NCBI GenBank assembly: GCA_038087875.1
Contig: CM075979.1
Coordinates: forward strand, 17,236,001-17,300,000
From: Malacoraja senta
Lineage: Eukaryota
Length of the DNA stretch: 64,000 bases
Direction of reading: 5' to 3'
Below are positions 38,438 through 50,141 of the stretch, piece after piece. The notes under the pieces are model-generated. The model saw nothing but the letters and a program-made list of their open reading frames with translations. It did not search any database and was not told where the DNA came from. Positions within the stretch are counted from its first letter, which is position 1; each line of letters begins with the position of its first letter. A program made the translations under genes and the position numbers.

Positions 38438-40841
38438 AGGTGTGCAGTCAAAGCTGGGACAATGGGAGTGTTCAGCACTGGGAACCTAAGCAGGTAAGCA
38501 GCTATGATCATGGTAGAATAGGGGGCGAGGTGTAAGGCTGGACTTAGGGTCAGGAATGAGAGAAGGTATGCAACTGGAGTCAGGGTCAGGAGTAGCACCA
38601 GGTGTGCAGTGAGACCCAGGTTGGTGAACATGGGCCAAGTGCTTGATTATAATCTGGTTTCCATACATGAATACACTAAGATCATTCATGTGCTGCACCT
38701 GTTGATCGGAACCTGGCTCTACTGTGGAATGTAATTAGGAATATAATTTAGCCTGACCTTATTCATAGCTAATCCAATTTAAAGCATAAATATTGCATTC
38801 AAGTGTAAGTTAAAAAGACTCACGACAGTATGCACCAAATTGCACAATTTCAAGCTGAAAAATGCAAAAGTTCGGTACCAATGGGAGGGGGCCACACCTT
38901 CCTCCCCCCCCCCCCACCTCGGTTGCTACGCTCCCTCGGGCTTGGTCTCCTGCAATTTCTTACTCCTAACTCTCACCCAATGTTGGCAGCCCTGCAAGTG
39001 GGACTAGTGTAGATGGGATATGTTGGTCAGTGTGGGCAAGTTGGGCCAAAGAGCCTTTTTTCATGTTGTATGACTCTATGACTACGTTCCAAATAGCTGG
39101 GTACAACACAAGAGCACACATAAGAAAAAAAGACCAAGAGAAGGCCTCCTGGGTTATCAAACCTGTCGCATCATTCACTGAGGTAAAAGTTCATCTGCAC
39201 CATGCCTCAACTCCTCCTCAATGCCTGCTCCACATAGTTCACAATCTTTCAAAAACAGTTATATCTGCTCTGTAAATACCTCCAGGGGTCTCCACAGTTC
39301 ACTGGTGTAGCAAATTCCAATGATTCACCACCTACTGTCGGACAAAATTACTACACAGCTCAGTTTTCAATGACTGCCCTCTTATATTGTAACTATTTCC
39401 CTCATTCAAGACTCCCTTAAAGGATCTTGTGCTTCAATAAGATGCCCCCCTTGTTCTTCCAATCTCCAAGGAATACAGCGTCACAGGCGGGACAGCGATA
39501 GAGCTGCTGCCTACAGCGCCAGAGACCCCGGTTCGATCCTGGCAACGGGTGATATCTGTATGGAATTTGTACATTTTCCCTATGACTGTGTGGGTTTTCT
39601 CCAGTTGCTCTGGTTTCCTCCCACACTTCAAAGACGGTAGGTTTGTAGGTTAATTACCACTCTTCCCGGCCCCACAGCAGAAGCGTCCACGTCGCAGGGC
39701 TGGAAACTGGAAGTATCCTGAGCTAATTCTGCTACCACCATCATCTACTGCGACAAGTGATGGCTTCCAATGATTGTCGCCGGAACCTTGCGTCCTTTTC
39801 AGGACGGACGATGACAGCGAGGCCAACATTTGTAACAAGATGGACATGAAAAGAAGACCACTCTTCCCAAAGCTGTGATCTTTTCAACAACAATATAATT
39901 AGTCTAGGTGACTCAATCCTGTTTATTCCCGGAACCGTCAGTGCACATTTGTTGCCAATGACAGCTGGACCTACTGTCACTGCCAGCTCTCCAGCTGTTC
40001 ATCTAATCCAGTACTTGGAGGGTCCCTCCTGAATAGGTGTGTTGCACCACCAAGGTCCAACTCAGTGAAATGTAGTACATGCTATCCAAGTCTGTGGCCT
40101 GCTCCATCATGGACTAGCTCACATTGGTGTCCATTCTCATATGTAGGGTGATGTCCTCAATTGACAAACTGCTTTTACATGAATCATCATCATTGCTTTC
40201 TTCATTTGTTCCCAACTCTTCATCCTTTAATTCCACCATAAACGTACAAACCGAGATGGTTCATACCATAAATTTTCCTTTCTGATTCTAAGGTATATCA
40301 AACCATTAGCCCATTTGAAGAATTGTACCTTTGAAGGATGTTCCCTTTCCTTCGGTAACTGTAACATCAAGCCCTCTGTATTACAGGAATCTCCAAAAGC
40401 AGCTCTGGTGAAGCCTCTTGCTTTTCCAAACGTCCTGTAGACATCCTAACGTTAGCATGTGACCTGTTTTTTCCCCCCACTGAACCAGCTTTCAGAGTTC
40501 AATGAAGATCACACTGCTTTTACTTCAGAAGGGAAATTGGTTCATGTGCCATTTGCAACCTGAACGCTTACTCAGCCATTAGGTTCCCCCATTTTAAACC
40601 ACCATGCATCAATTCTCCCATCCTCTTTAGGCAATGTTTGACCAAAATATCCTGTTAAGGTCTACACTATGTCCTCAGTATATTTTAGCAATAACTTATA
40701 GTGCCAGTGGTCTATATATATCCCACCCCACCTTGAGCAACCATATCTCTTTTCTCTTCTCAATTATCACCATATTATCACCATCACTCTTCTGTGTCCT
40801 CTCCCAAGACCTTAATGATATTTTACACCTTAAGGAACAAT

Positions 40842-43800
40842 GAGATATGGACTGTTGTACCCTGCAAGATTGAGAGTCATCTATAAGCAGAAGGAAACGT
40901 TTTTTACGGATCACTAGGAAGCATTGGCGTATGCCCAGAAGATCGCTCAGAAGACCGCGGACTTGAGTGTTGATTGAATAACATTCATATGATATCTTCA
41001 CCTTGCTGAGAATAAATGGAACTTTAAGTCACTTTACTTAAGGACTAATGAAAGTTGATAACGACAACTGAACAAACCGTATTGATGTGGACATATTATT
41101 TTAATATTTTAGTACTAATTATTAAGACTACTGTTATTATTATTAGAATAATTAGTTAAAAATATTAATTGCAAACAAGGTATAACCTGGTTATTTTATT
41201 AATTAAATTGAGCCATGTTTATTCCTTGTTTCTTTTTTTTCTTTTACATCAGACTAATAACTGACTACTACTTAACCAAGAGAGTAATAGTCTCTCATTA
41301 TATGATTACTAATCTTTTGGACCAAAATGGTTATAACATTAATCCCGTAAATTACTGAGTTTCTGTTTTGTTTTTTAGCGTGGATCTAGTAATAATTTTT
41401 TTTTCTAAGGTTACGGAAGTCCTTAGATGGCCAGCCACGTTAGTGTGGCTAACACTAACTACACTATTTGTAGATGTAGTTTCTTCTTTTTTCTTGCACT
41501 TTATTAATTTTTATTTTTTTATTTTCTTTCTTTATTTCTTACTTAATTTCTATCATAAAGTTGATTCGAATTATATGTATTATTGTGAAGAGGGGTCCGG
41601 GAGGAAGATCTATTCAATTTTAAACTCATCTGTCCTGTGTTCGGGTGGATTGTCTGGCTTACTGCGCTGGGCTACCTACTCTATTATAGACTACTCTAAC
41701 CATATGATGCAAGACGGTAATAGAAACATTGGGGGTCAAGGAATTACTTTTTGTAGCTGGAACGTTAAGGGAATTAATGACTCAATCAAGAGAGGTAAAG
41801 TATTAGCACACTTAAAATCACTTAATGCAGATGTAACATTTCTTCAAGAAACTCATCTTAAAAATGAAGCACAGCATAGATTGAAAGCAAAATGGATTGC
41901 TGAAACATATCACTTCATTCTCCCATAAGGCTAGAGGGGTTGCAATTGTAATCCGTAAAGGTATACCTTTTAAACACATATCAACTATTGCGGACAATAA
42001 TGGTAGATATATAATACTAGTGGGTGAATTATATATTTTTTAAAGTAATTCTTCTTAATGTCTATGGACCAAATTTTGATAACCCTTCGTTTTTTAAGAA
42101 TATACTTAATAATATCCCGGAAATCACACAACATAACTTGATAATTGGAGGAGATTTAAATTGTACACTAGACTCTTATTTAGATAGATCATCAAGACAA
42201 AGAAAAGCAAAATCCAAAACAAGGGAATTAATAAACTCATACATTAACTCTACTAATATCAAAGATGTTAGGAGAATTGAAAACCCATCTGGATTCATTC
42301 ATTCTATTCACCGGTAAATAAAACTTACTCAAGGATAGATTACTTTTTAGTAGACTCTAAGCTTATCCCATTTACTTATAATTCAAAATATCATAATATT
42401 ATAATTTCGGACCATGCACCTCTAACATTTATGATCAAACTAAGTGGAATGACTGAGAAGCAGACACAATGGAGACTTAATCCTCAGATTTTAAATGATA
42501 AAGCATGTTGTGAATATCTTATCACACAAATAAATATGTTTTTCGAGACTAATGATTTCCCTGAAATATCTCCCTCCCTTCTTTGGGAAACATTTAAAGC
42601 ATTTATACGAGGAGCGTTAATCTCGTAATAAAGAGAACCAGGCCAAACAACAGGAATTGGAAAAGGAGATAAGGCAATTAGATATGGAAAATGCAATCAC
42701 GCCCTCTACGATAATACATAATAAAATTGCAGCACTTAAATATAAGTTAAATCAACTATATTCAGATCAAATCATAAAACTTTATCAAAATACTAAACAG
42801 CTATAGTTTGAGTTTGGTGATAAACCACAAAAATTACTAGCACGTCAGCTCCAGAAACAGGAAGGGGAAAAAACAATTTACAAAATTAAATCTGATACGG
42901 GAGAAATGCTAACGTTACCCAAGGATATTAATGATAGATTTTCTCAATACTATCAAACACTTTATTCATCCAAAACAATAGTGGGCTCTGCAGGAATGGA
43001 ATCATTTTTACAGAAATGTAATCTTACAGGTTTAGATCTGAAAGAGTGGGAATTATTAGGGGCCAAAATATCAGTAAAAGATATTGAAGAATCTATCAGA
43101 TCTTTAAAAAATGGAAAGGCCGCTGGCCCGGATGGTTTAAATAGCGAATTTTATATAAAATTTCATGATCTGATCTCCCACACTTAAAGACACTATATAC
43201 TCATGCCTTCATGCAACAGAAACTAACAGAAACTTTAAACGAATCAACAATAATACTTATACCCAAAATGGATAAGGACCTTGAAGATCCAGGTTCATAT
43301 AGAGCAATCGCTCTCTTAAACACCGATCAGAAAATATTAACTAAAATTTTAGCCCATAGATTAAGTTTAGTGATTCATAAATTACTACACCCTGACCAAA
43401 CTGGCTTTATTCCAAAACGCTACTCGTATTATAATTTGAGACGATTATTTAATATTATATACTCAAACAGAATAGCTAATGTAGATTTAGCAGTCATCTC
43501 GTTAGATGCTGAGAAAGCATTCGATCAAGTGGAATGGCCCTATTTATTTTCGGTGATGGAAAAATGTCAATTGGGTGAGAAGTTTTGCACATGGGTTAAG
43601 CTTTTATACACTAACCCAACAGCTAGAATAATGACAAATCAAATGCTATCAACAAAATTTGATTTATCTAAAGGTTGCAGACAAGGATGCCCGTTATCAC
43701 CGTTATTATTTGCCCTTGCTATCGAACCACTAGCAGAAAGAGTTAGAGCACATCCAGAAATATATGGGTATAATACTAAAAATACAGTTAATAAAATCTC

Positions 43801-45818
43801 TCTATACGCAGACGATGTATTATTATATATTACAAATCCAGAAATCAGCATTCCAAACTTGTTAAATCTTATAACTCAATTTGGTTTATTTTCGGGATAA
43901 AGAATTAATTGGAACAAAAGTGAGATTATGCCAATAACGGAATCTAATTCATATATATTGCAACACTCACCTTTTAGAATAGTTAATGAAAAATTTAAAT
44001 ACCTTGGAATTTATGTGACAAAGAAATATAACTCTATTTAAATCAAATTTCATGCCTTTACTTAATAAATTGCATAAGAATATTCAATACTGGAAAACAC
44101 TTCTCATTTCAATGCTCGGTAGAATTAATGCTATAAAAATGATTTTCCTTCCGCAATTGCTATACCTCTTTCAATCAATCCCGATATATCTCCCAAAAAA
44201 ATTCTTTTAAAAAGTCGATTCTATTGTGACAAGTTTTATTTGGGATTATAAGAATCACAGAATAAGCAAAAAACACCTATGTAAACCCAAGACCAAAGGA
44301 AGATTCGTTTTACCAAATTTGTTATTCTATTTTTGGGCAGTCAATGTCAAAAATATGAATTTTTGGTTGGAAGATATGGATCAACAACCAGACTGGTTAA
44401 AGATGGAAAAGGAAGATTGTTTGCCTTTTGAAATTGGTCCGATCCTGTTAGCTCCTACAAAACTGAATTAAAAAATCTATAGTGAAAACCCTATAATATA
44501 TAGTGGAATTCGAATTTGGAATCAATTAAAAAAGACATTAAAATTGGATAATTTATCATTTTCTCTCCCCATTGCAAATAATCCTTCATTTAAACCCTCA
44601 GTGTTGGATAAAGGTTTTGTACAATGGAAAAATCATGGAATTAAAAAGATGGGACATCTTTATAGAAACGGTATTTTTCTTTCATTTCAGGAACTACAAC
44701 TGAATTATGGATTACATCCAAATAATTTTTTTAGATACTTACAACTTAAAGATTATGTTAAATCACATACACAAGAATACAGAACTAGAGAACCAGAGAT
44801 TCTAGATGAATGTTTGAATAAACACCCTAATACAGATAAATTAATATCTTATATTTATAATATTCTTTTAGACAGTGAGACTCCGTTGACGGAATTATAT
44901 AGATTAGCATGGGAAAAGGAATTAGCCCAACCTATAACAAAAGATATTTAGGATGAAAGTTTACAACATATACATCAATGTTCATTAAATGCCAGACACT
45001 CTTTAATACAATTTAAAGTACTACATAGATTGCATTATTCAAAAACAAAATTAAATAGAATCTTTCCTAATATCTCTCCTATTTGTGATAAATGCCAATA
45101 CTCATCAGCTAATTTAACCCATATTTTTGTAAATTGTATAAAAATTAAAAATTATTGGATGGATATTTTAAAAATAATCTCTGTAGTTGTTAATACTCAA
45201 CTGGATCCCGATCTTAAATTAATAATATTGGGCATATCAGAACAATACCTAAAACTTACAACAAACTAAATAAATTTCCTTTACTACAGTATAATAATTG
45301 GGAAAAAATTAATATTAAAATTTTGGAAAAATCCTGCAACCCCCACAATTAAGATGTGGATTATGGAGCTGTCGGAGACCTTATATTTGGAAAAAATTAG
45401 ATATGTCTTAATTGACAAACCAGAATTATTTACTAAAATATGGTCTCCATTTATAGATTATCTGAAGGGGTAGACTTGTGCCGGCGCGGAGGCCTGACTG
45501 AAACCTGAACCCAGGACTGGATGAATAGTTACGTTTTCTGACCTATGGACCTATCTCCTAAGTTGTATTATTGATAGTTTATCTTACTTTTTTAATTTCT
45601 TCTTTTAATTTCTTTATTTTTATTATCTATAAATATAAATAAATAATTAGAGGCAACGTTAATATGTAACCGATAAAGGAGGACCCCAGCTACTTTGGTA
45701 ATTGGGTACCCGGAACCCTGGATACTTAATATGTAATTGTTATACAAAGTTTGTAATGGGTTGGACTATGATATGCAGATACCTCTAATAAAAAATTACA
45801 ATTAAAAATTTTTTTAAA
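40842..45818 (+). mobile_element. Older 5'-truncated L1 (ORF1 C-terminus, spacer, degraded ORF2, A-rich tail)
   Basis: GLLYPARLRV...EALAYAQKI at the 5' end. ORF2 fragments show SWNVKGIN, FLQETHL, SLDAEKAFDQV and SLYADD. A possible degenerate TSD is AAGGAACAAT 40832-40841 / AAGGAGCAAT 45819-45828. Confidence 0.92.
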
Positions 45819-46480
45819 AAGGAGCAATCATTTCCATAGATGTGGCAAATGATGAGTCCAAATTCCCAGGTGTATCTGCTACTCACACTGTAATCCAGTT
45901 TCATTGCTCTGCTGAGAGAATGATGTTGCCTATTTTTCTTGCATTTTCTTTCTTTCTAGTCACTCAAGCAGCAACATCCTAAATTTGACTTGTTATGGTG
46001 TCTGTGGAGTCCTTTGTGTTGCTGCTTTCATTCATAAATTAACGGGTAGAGCTATAAATAGAACATATTTTGCTGACGACAGTAACTTTCAATAAAACTG
46101 CACTTTTGAGATACTTACCATGTGATATAAGCCAATTCTTAAAGGAATTTTTCATTGTGTACAGAATGTATACAGAGTGTAAGAAATTATAATGATAGGG
46201 AGCAACAAGGCTCATGATTTAATCACAAGGATAAAGCATTTAAATCTGAGACCTTAAGTAACCAAAACCTCTATCAATCAGACCGTAACTAAGGACCAAA
46301 TTAATGACTTAAGGATTTAGAGATGGGAATAAATAATGGTGCATTGTTCAGAGTTCTAAGATAAATGAAGGGAAAATTTATAACATAATTTATCTTTCAC
46401 ATGAAACAATTAGCTAAGAGTTATTATAAGAGTTATTGTATAATTTACAATCAATGTTAAAGAGATATTACTTTACTTAC

Positions 46481-46531
46481 TTTCATCAATAGGAAGTTCC
46501 TTCTTCACAGAATTACACACTTGAGAAACTT
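46481..46531 (-). CDS. ELF5: Predicted ELF5 internal exon, 51 nt, phase 1-1 (VSQVCNSVKKELPIDE)
   Basis: Acceptor TTATTTTATTTAACAG| and donor AA|GTAAGT, open in frame. The 51-nt size matches my recollection of the human ELF5 exon after the PNT exon. Confidence 0.65.
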
Positions 46532-47777
46532 CTGTTAAATAAAATAATGGAATAGATGTAATATATTAGAGATTGGACTTTAATCCAAGCTGGCATGAAG
46601 TGTTGTACTTTGGGATGCAAGGAGAAAGTATACAGTTAAGAGCAAGACCCTTAAGAAGATTGATGTACAGAGGCATCTTGGGGTCTAAGTCTATAGTTTC
46701 CTGAAAGTGGCAACACAAGCAGATAAAGTAATAAAGGGGGCATATGGTATGCTTGCCATCAGTGGGTTAATGAATATAAGAGTCATGGAAGTCATGTTGC
46801 AGTTTTAGAGGTATTTGGTTAGACCGCATCTGGAGCATTATGTGCAGTTTTGGTCAACCCATTACAGGAAGGATATGGATGATGTTTCAGGTCGAGACCA
46901 TTCTTCAGTCTGAGGTCTGAAGAAACCTCATCCAAATTTTCAATATTTACATTTACAGTTTCTGATGTTCAGAGCGGTTTGTCTATTTAAAGTGGCTAGA
47001 GTTATGATCTCGAGGTGGTGCCTTGCATGAATGGAAAGCCATTGAATGCAGATCACAAGACAATGATAGCAGATCCTGAAAATAAATTGTCCTTGTTGCT
47101 GATGTTGCAAGCACCACTCTATTGGGTGATCCCAATTTGCCCTGTAACTTGTACCACATAACAATGATCTAAAAATAAGCAGTGTGGTACAATGTGTAAA
47201 ACCTGAATGTCAGAGAAGAGGGAAGACTTCTCCCGGTTTTCCTGATATATTCAGTGGAAACCTTCCAGACGACTAGGTCAAACAGGAACGGATCTTTTTT
47301 TTTGCTCTGTTCTCTCACAATCAGGCATGCAGATGCAGTATACATTTCTGCTCTAACTTGATGTATTTTCTTCTAATGTTTATCTAGACATTGAAACTCA
47401 AAAAAGTGGTAATGAGATGTGCCCAAGGTAAAAAAAAAGACTTTCCTCACCTGGTATCACACATTCCAAAGTGCTGCACAGCATTCAGCCTGGGGTTTTA
47501 CATGGCCTGCATCTAGTTCCACCTGGCCTTCTCGATAGGCAGTAAGAAAACCATTCATGCTGACCACAAACACTGCCTGCACTCAGTAACCACATTCATG
47601 CAGCAGTCCTCCTTCATACAGACCAAACCCACTCATTGTCCATGATAACCCACAACCTGGATTCACTGTGCACATCTACTGCCCACACCCACTCACCAAA
47701 CAGACTTTCTAACTATATATCCACTCACTACTTGCACTCATGGCCCATCCCCGTTCACCACACCCACTGCCCATAGT

Positions 47778-47910
47778 GGGTTGGGAGATTGCAACATTCA
47801 CGTGGTCCACCCTGTTTCGACTAATGTAATCAACCCGACGTGCACAAACAAGATCAAATAGAACAAGTTGACCTACAACTTTAGGCTGTGCACGCCATAA
47901 GAAGAAGAAG
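47778..47910 (+). mobile_element. 133-bp non-LTR retroelement 3' end with an (AAG)n tail and a 12-bp TSD
   Basis: ACTGCCCATAGT at 47766-47777 and 47911-47922. Confidence 0.75.
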
Positions 47911-47971
47911 ACTGCCCATAGTCACTGCCTAACCTGAAACTACCTGCTCACTTCCCCCACTCATTCACCAC

Positions 47972-48660
47972 TTGTGTACTTCCCACACCCACTCGCTATT
48001 CACACTCATTCACTGCGCACAGACACTCACTATTCACACGCAGTCATTTCCCACATTCACTCACAATTCACACCCATTCATTGCACACACCCGCTCACTA
48101 TCCACACCCATACACTGCCCACACCCGCTCACAGACCATACCCATTCATTGCCCACACCACTCACTATTCACACACATTCACTCACTGTTCACACGCACT
48201 GTCCACGCTCATTCACTGTCCACACCCATTCTCTGCACACACTTATTATTCACTCATTCACTGCCCATGCTCACTCACTGTTCACATCCATTCACTACAC
48301 ACACTCATTCAGCACTCACATTCAATGCCCACACCAGCTGCACACTGCAACACATGTTCACCATCCACATTCATTGCCAGCATCCGTTCATCACCTGTTC
48401 ATTGCCAAGACCCACTCACTATACACACCCACCCAGAGTTACTGAACATTTGGTCTCACATTCAGTGCTAACTCCACGCTCTGACTCAGTGCTAAAACTC
48501 ATTGGTCATTTTCACTACCCTCATTGCCTGTATTCTCTCCCTCTCTTCACCCCTCAGGTCCCCTCATTGCTCACATTCACTCACTATTTATGTTCACACA
48601 CCCCCGCACCCATTTAGAGATCCCCCTCCGCCTGACTTCATACACACTGTACACCAATCC
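47972..48660. repeat. Degenerate CACT/CACA-rich low-complexity tract
   Basis: Recurrent CACTCA, CACAC and ATTCAC words. The overlapping His/Thr-rich ORFs are artefacts. Confidence 0.8.
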
Positions 48661-49420
48661 ATTCCCCAGAAATTCACAAGTATTTAAAACATCCAAAAGT
48701 ACTACAAATTAAATCAGGCTATTAAAGATTTCATAAACTAAAAATAAAAAAGTTTGAAATGTTTAAAATAATTAAATAAATTTAAATATATAAAATTATC
48801 AATTAAGTACTTTCAATTAATTCAAAAAGTTGTAAGTATTTCTGGAACTTGCCTATCTCCCTTAAAGCTGCTCCGCTCAATGCAAGTGAATGGAGTCACT
48901 GGATCTGCACAGGGTCCAGCCTAACACAGGTTTATCAGATGGGTTTAAGCGTGACTGCTTGATGGGGATTTCAAAGTCAGAGTACAATCAGAATGACAGC
49001 AAGGATCTCCTAAATAGTTCAGGACTTTCATGTTCCCACGAGACATCCTCGGATGTACTTTAGATTGTCAGTCCAGCCCTCCCCACAAGATCGCCGTACT
49101 TAGCTTCCTTATAGTGATCAGCTTCAGAAACTAGAGTTAATCTCTGGCCTGACATAACAGGCATCATGAAGGCCAATTGTAATGCTCCATCATCACTGGG
49201 ACCATAACCCAACTAATAAAGTGTAAACCAAGTCTGAGCCTGTGACATTCTGGCCTGCATCTTACAGTATCACACCAGAGATTTACTTTCAGAACAGGAA
49301 GGAACTGCAGATGCTGGTTTAAACCGAAGATAGACACAAAATGCTGGAGAAACTCAGCGGGATGGACAGTGTCTCTGGACAGAAGGAATGGATGACGTTT
49401 CAGGTCGAGACCCTTATTCA

Positions 49421-49570
49421 GATATATGAGTAAGTGAGAATCGTATTTTGCTTTCTCCTGAAGGTTTGCAAAGATAGTACCTTTGGGAATTTATTCATGA
49501 TCTTCTCCACTCCCCTGAGAAAAACAGCGGCATTTTGGAATGGGAAGACAGAGGAGAAGGAATCTTCGAA
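49421..49570 (+). pseudogene. ELF5: Inverted partial duplicate of the ELF5 ETS exon and its 3' splice site
   Basis: 49464-49570 matches the minus strand of 21189-21083 with about 7 substitutions, including GAG>TAG at 49475-49477. It retains GATATATGAGTAAGTGAGA...TTTTGCTTTCTCCTGAAG and the adjoining Penelope-derived repeat. Confidence 0.93.
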
Positions 49571-49639
49571 TCTATTTTTCCAGATTTCCTATACACTTAA
49601 ATAATTTCTGTACAAGGCCAGCCTGGCAATTGTCTAAGC

Positions 49640-49953
49640 ATAAAATAAAAGTTCTTACCTCCCTGCTCCTTGAAGCAGGGGAATCCCACATGGTCATAAA
49701 GAATTGGTGAAGTCAAAGTGCCGCAAATAGTTAGGTCCCTTAAATAGCAGTGGTAGCCAAAATAATCTGACATCATGCTCTGAAATGTAATTAAACAAGT
49801 TAATTTCCCTACATGAAAAATAACACACTAGTTTGTTTAATCTGAGGCTAAATTCTCTGAGTCTATACAACTTTTGTTGTGTAACTTCTTTAATTAATAA
49901 GTTTGTTATATTTCTCTAGCAGATAAAAATACGTTTAAAAAAGGAAACTACTT
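49640..49953. repeat. 314-bp direct repeat, left copy (giant TSD of the L1)
   Basis: Identical by eye to 56597-56910. It begins at the L1 endonuclease-type site AT/AAAA. Confidence 0.95.
49659..49776 (-). CDS. ELF5: ELF5 first coding exon, copy B (exon 49779-49659; MMSDYFGYHCYLRDLTICGTLTSPILYDHVGFPCFKEQG)
   Basis: Acceptor TACATTTCAG|AGCATG and donor GAG|GTAAGA. 39 aa plus 1 nt, phase 1. Aligns by eye with the human ELF5 N-terminus (YLRDLTICGTLTS ~ FLPNASFCDPLMS; FPCFKEQ ~ YPAFEHQ). Confidence 0.78.
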
Positions 49954-50141
49954 TCCGGTTGCGACATGCTCTGCTAGCAGTCGCAAACTTTTTAGCTCCG
50001 CTGAAAAAATCGCGATTTTTCGCGTTAAAATCGGGTCTGGAGGTCGGGACCGTTTTTAAAAACTTACCGGAGCTTCATGTCGCGGTGCTGATGACGTCAT
50101 CAGTAAGCGCCGCGATTTTAACGGAGGGAAAGTCATTTTAA

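Larger units (their letters stand above)
33212..38993. mobile_element. 5.8-kb hAT-like non-autonomous DNA element with captured host DNA and nested retroelements
   Basis: TIRs AGGGCTGCCAAC (33213-33224) and GTTGGCAGCCCT (38982-38993). The flanking duplication GCAAGTG is at 33205-33211 and 38994-39000. The host CR1 is continuous across the site. No transposase was seen. Confidence 0.72.
31720..39083 (+). mobile_element. Old CR1 3' fragment split into three pieces (31720-31864, 32949-33211, 38994-39083) by nested insertions
   Basis: Removing the solo LTR and the hAT-like element restores continuous CR1 sequence at both junctions (...ATCATGATGGG|TATAGATCAGG... and ...GCAGGCAAGTG|GGACTAGTGTAG...). 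Confidence 0.8.

Noticed and set aside
46940-47580. Possible diverged PNT exon (IQWLSIH and HEWFSYC peptides)
   Set aside because: Only 2-3 residues match, the flanks do not fit the PNT pattern, and there is no open phase 1-1 exon of suitable size.
47972-48617. Three overlapping His/Thr-rich ORFs
   Set aside because: Artefacts of a low-complexity repeat.
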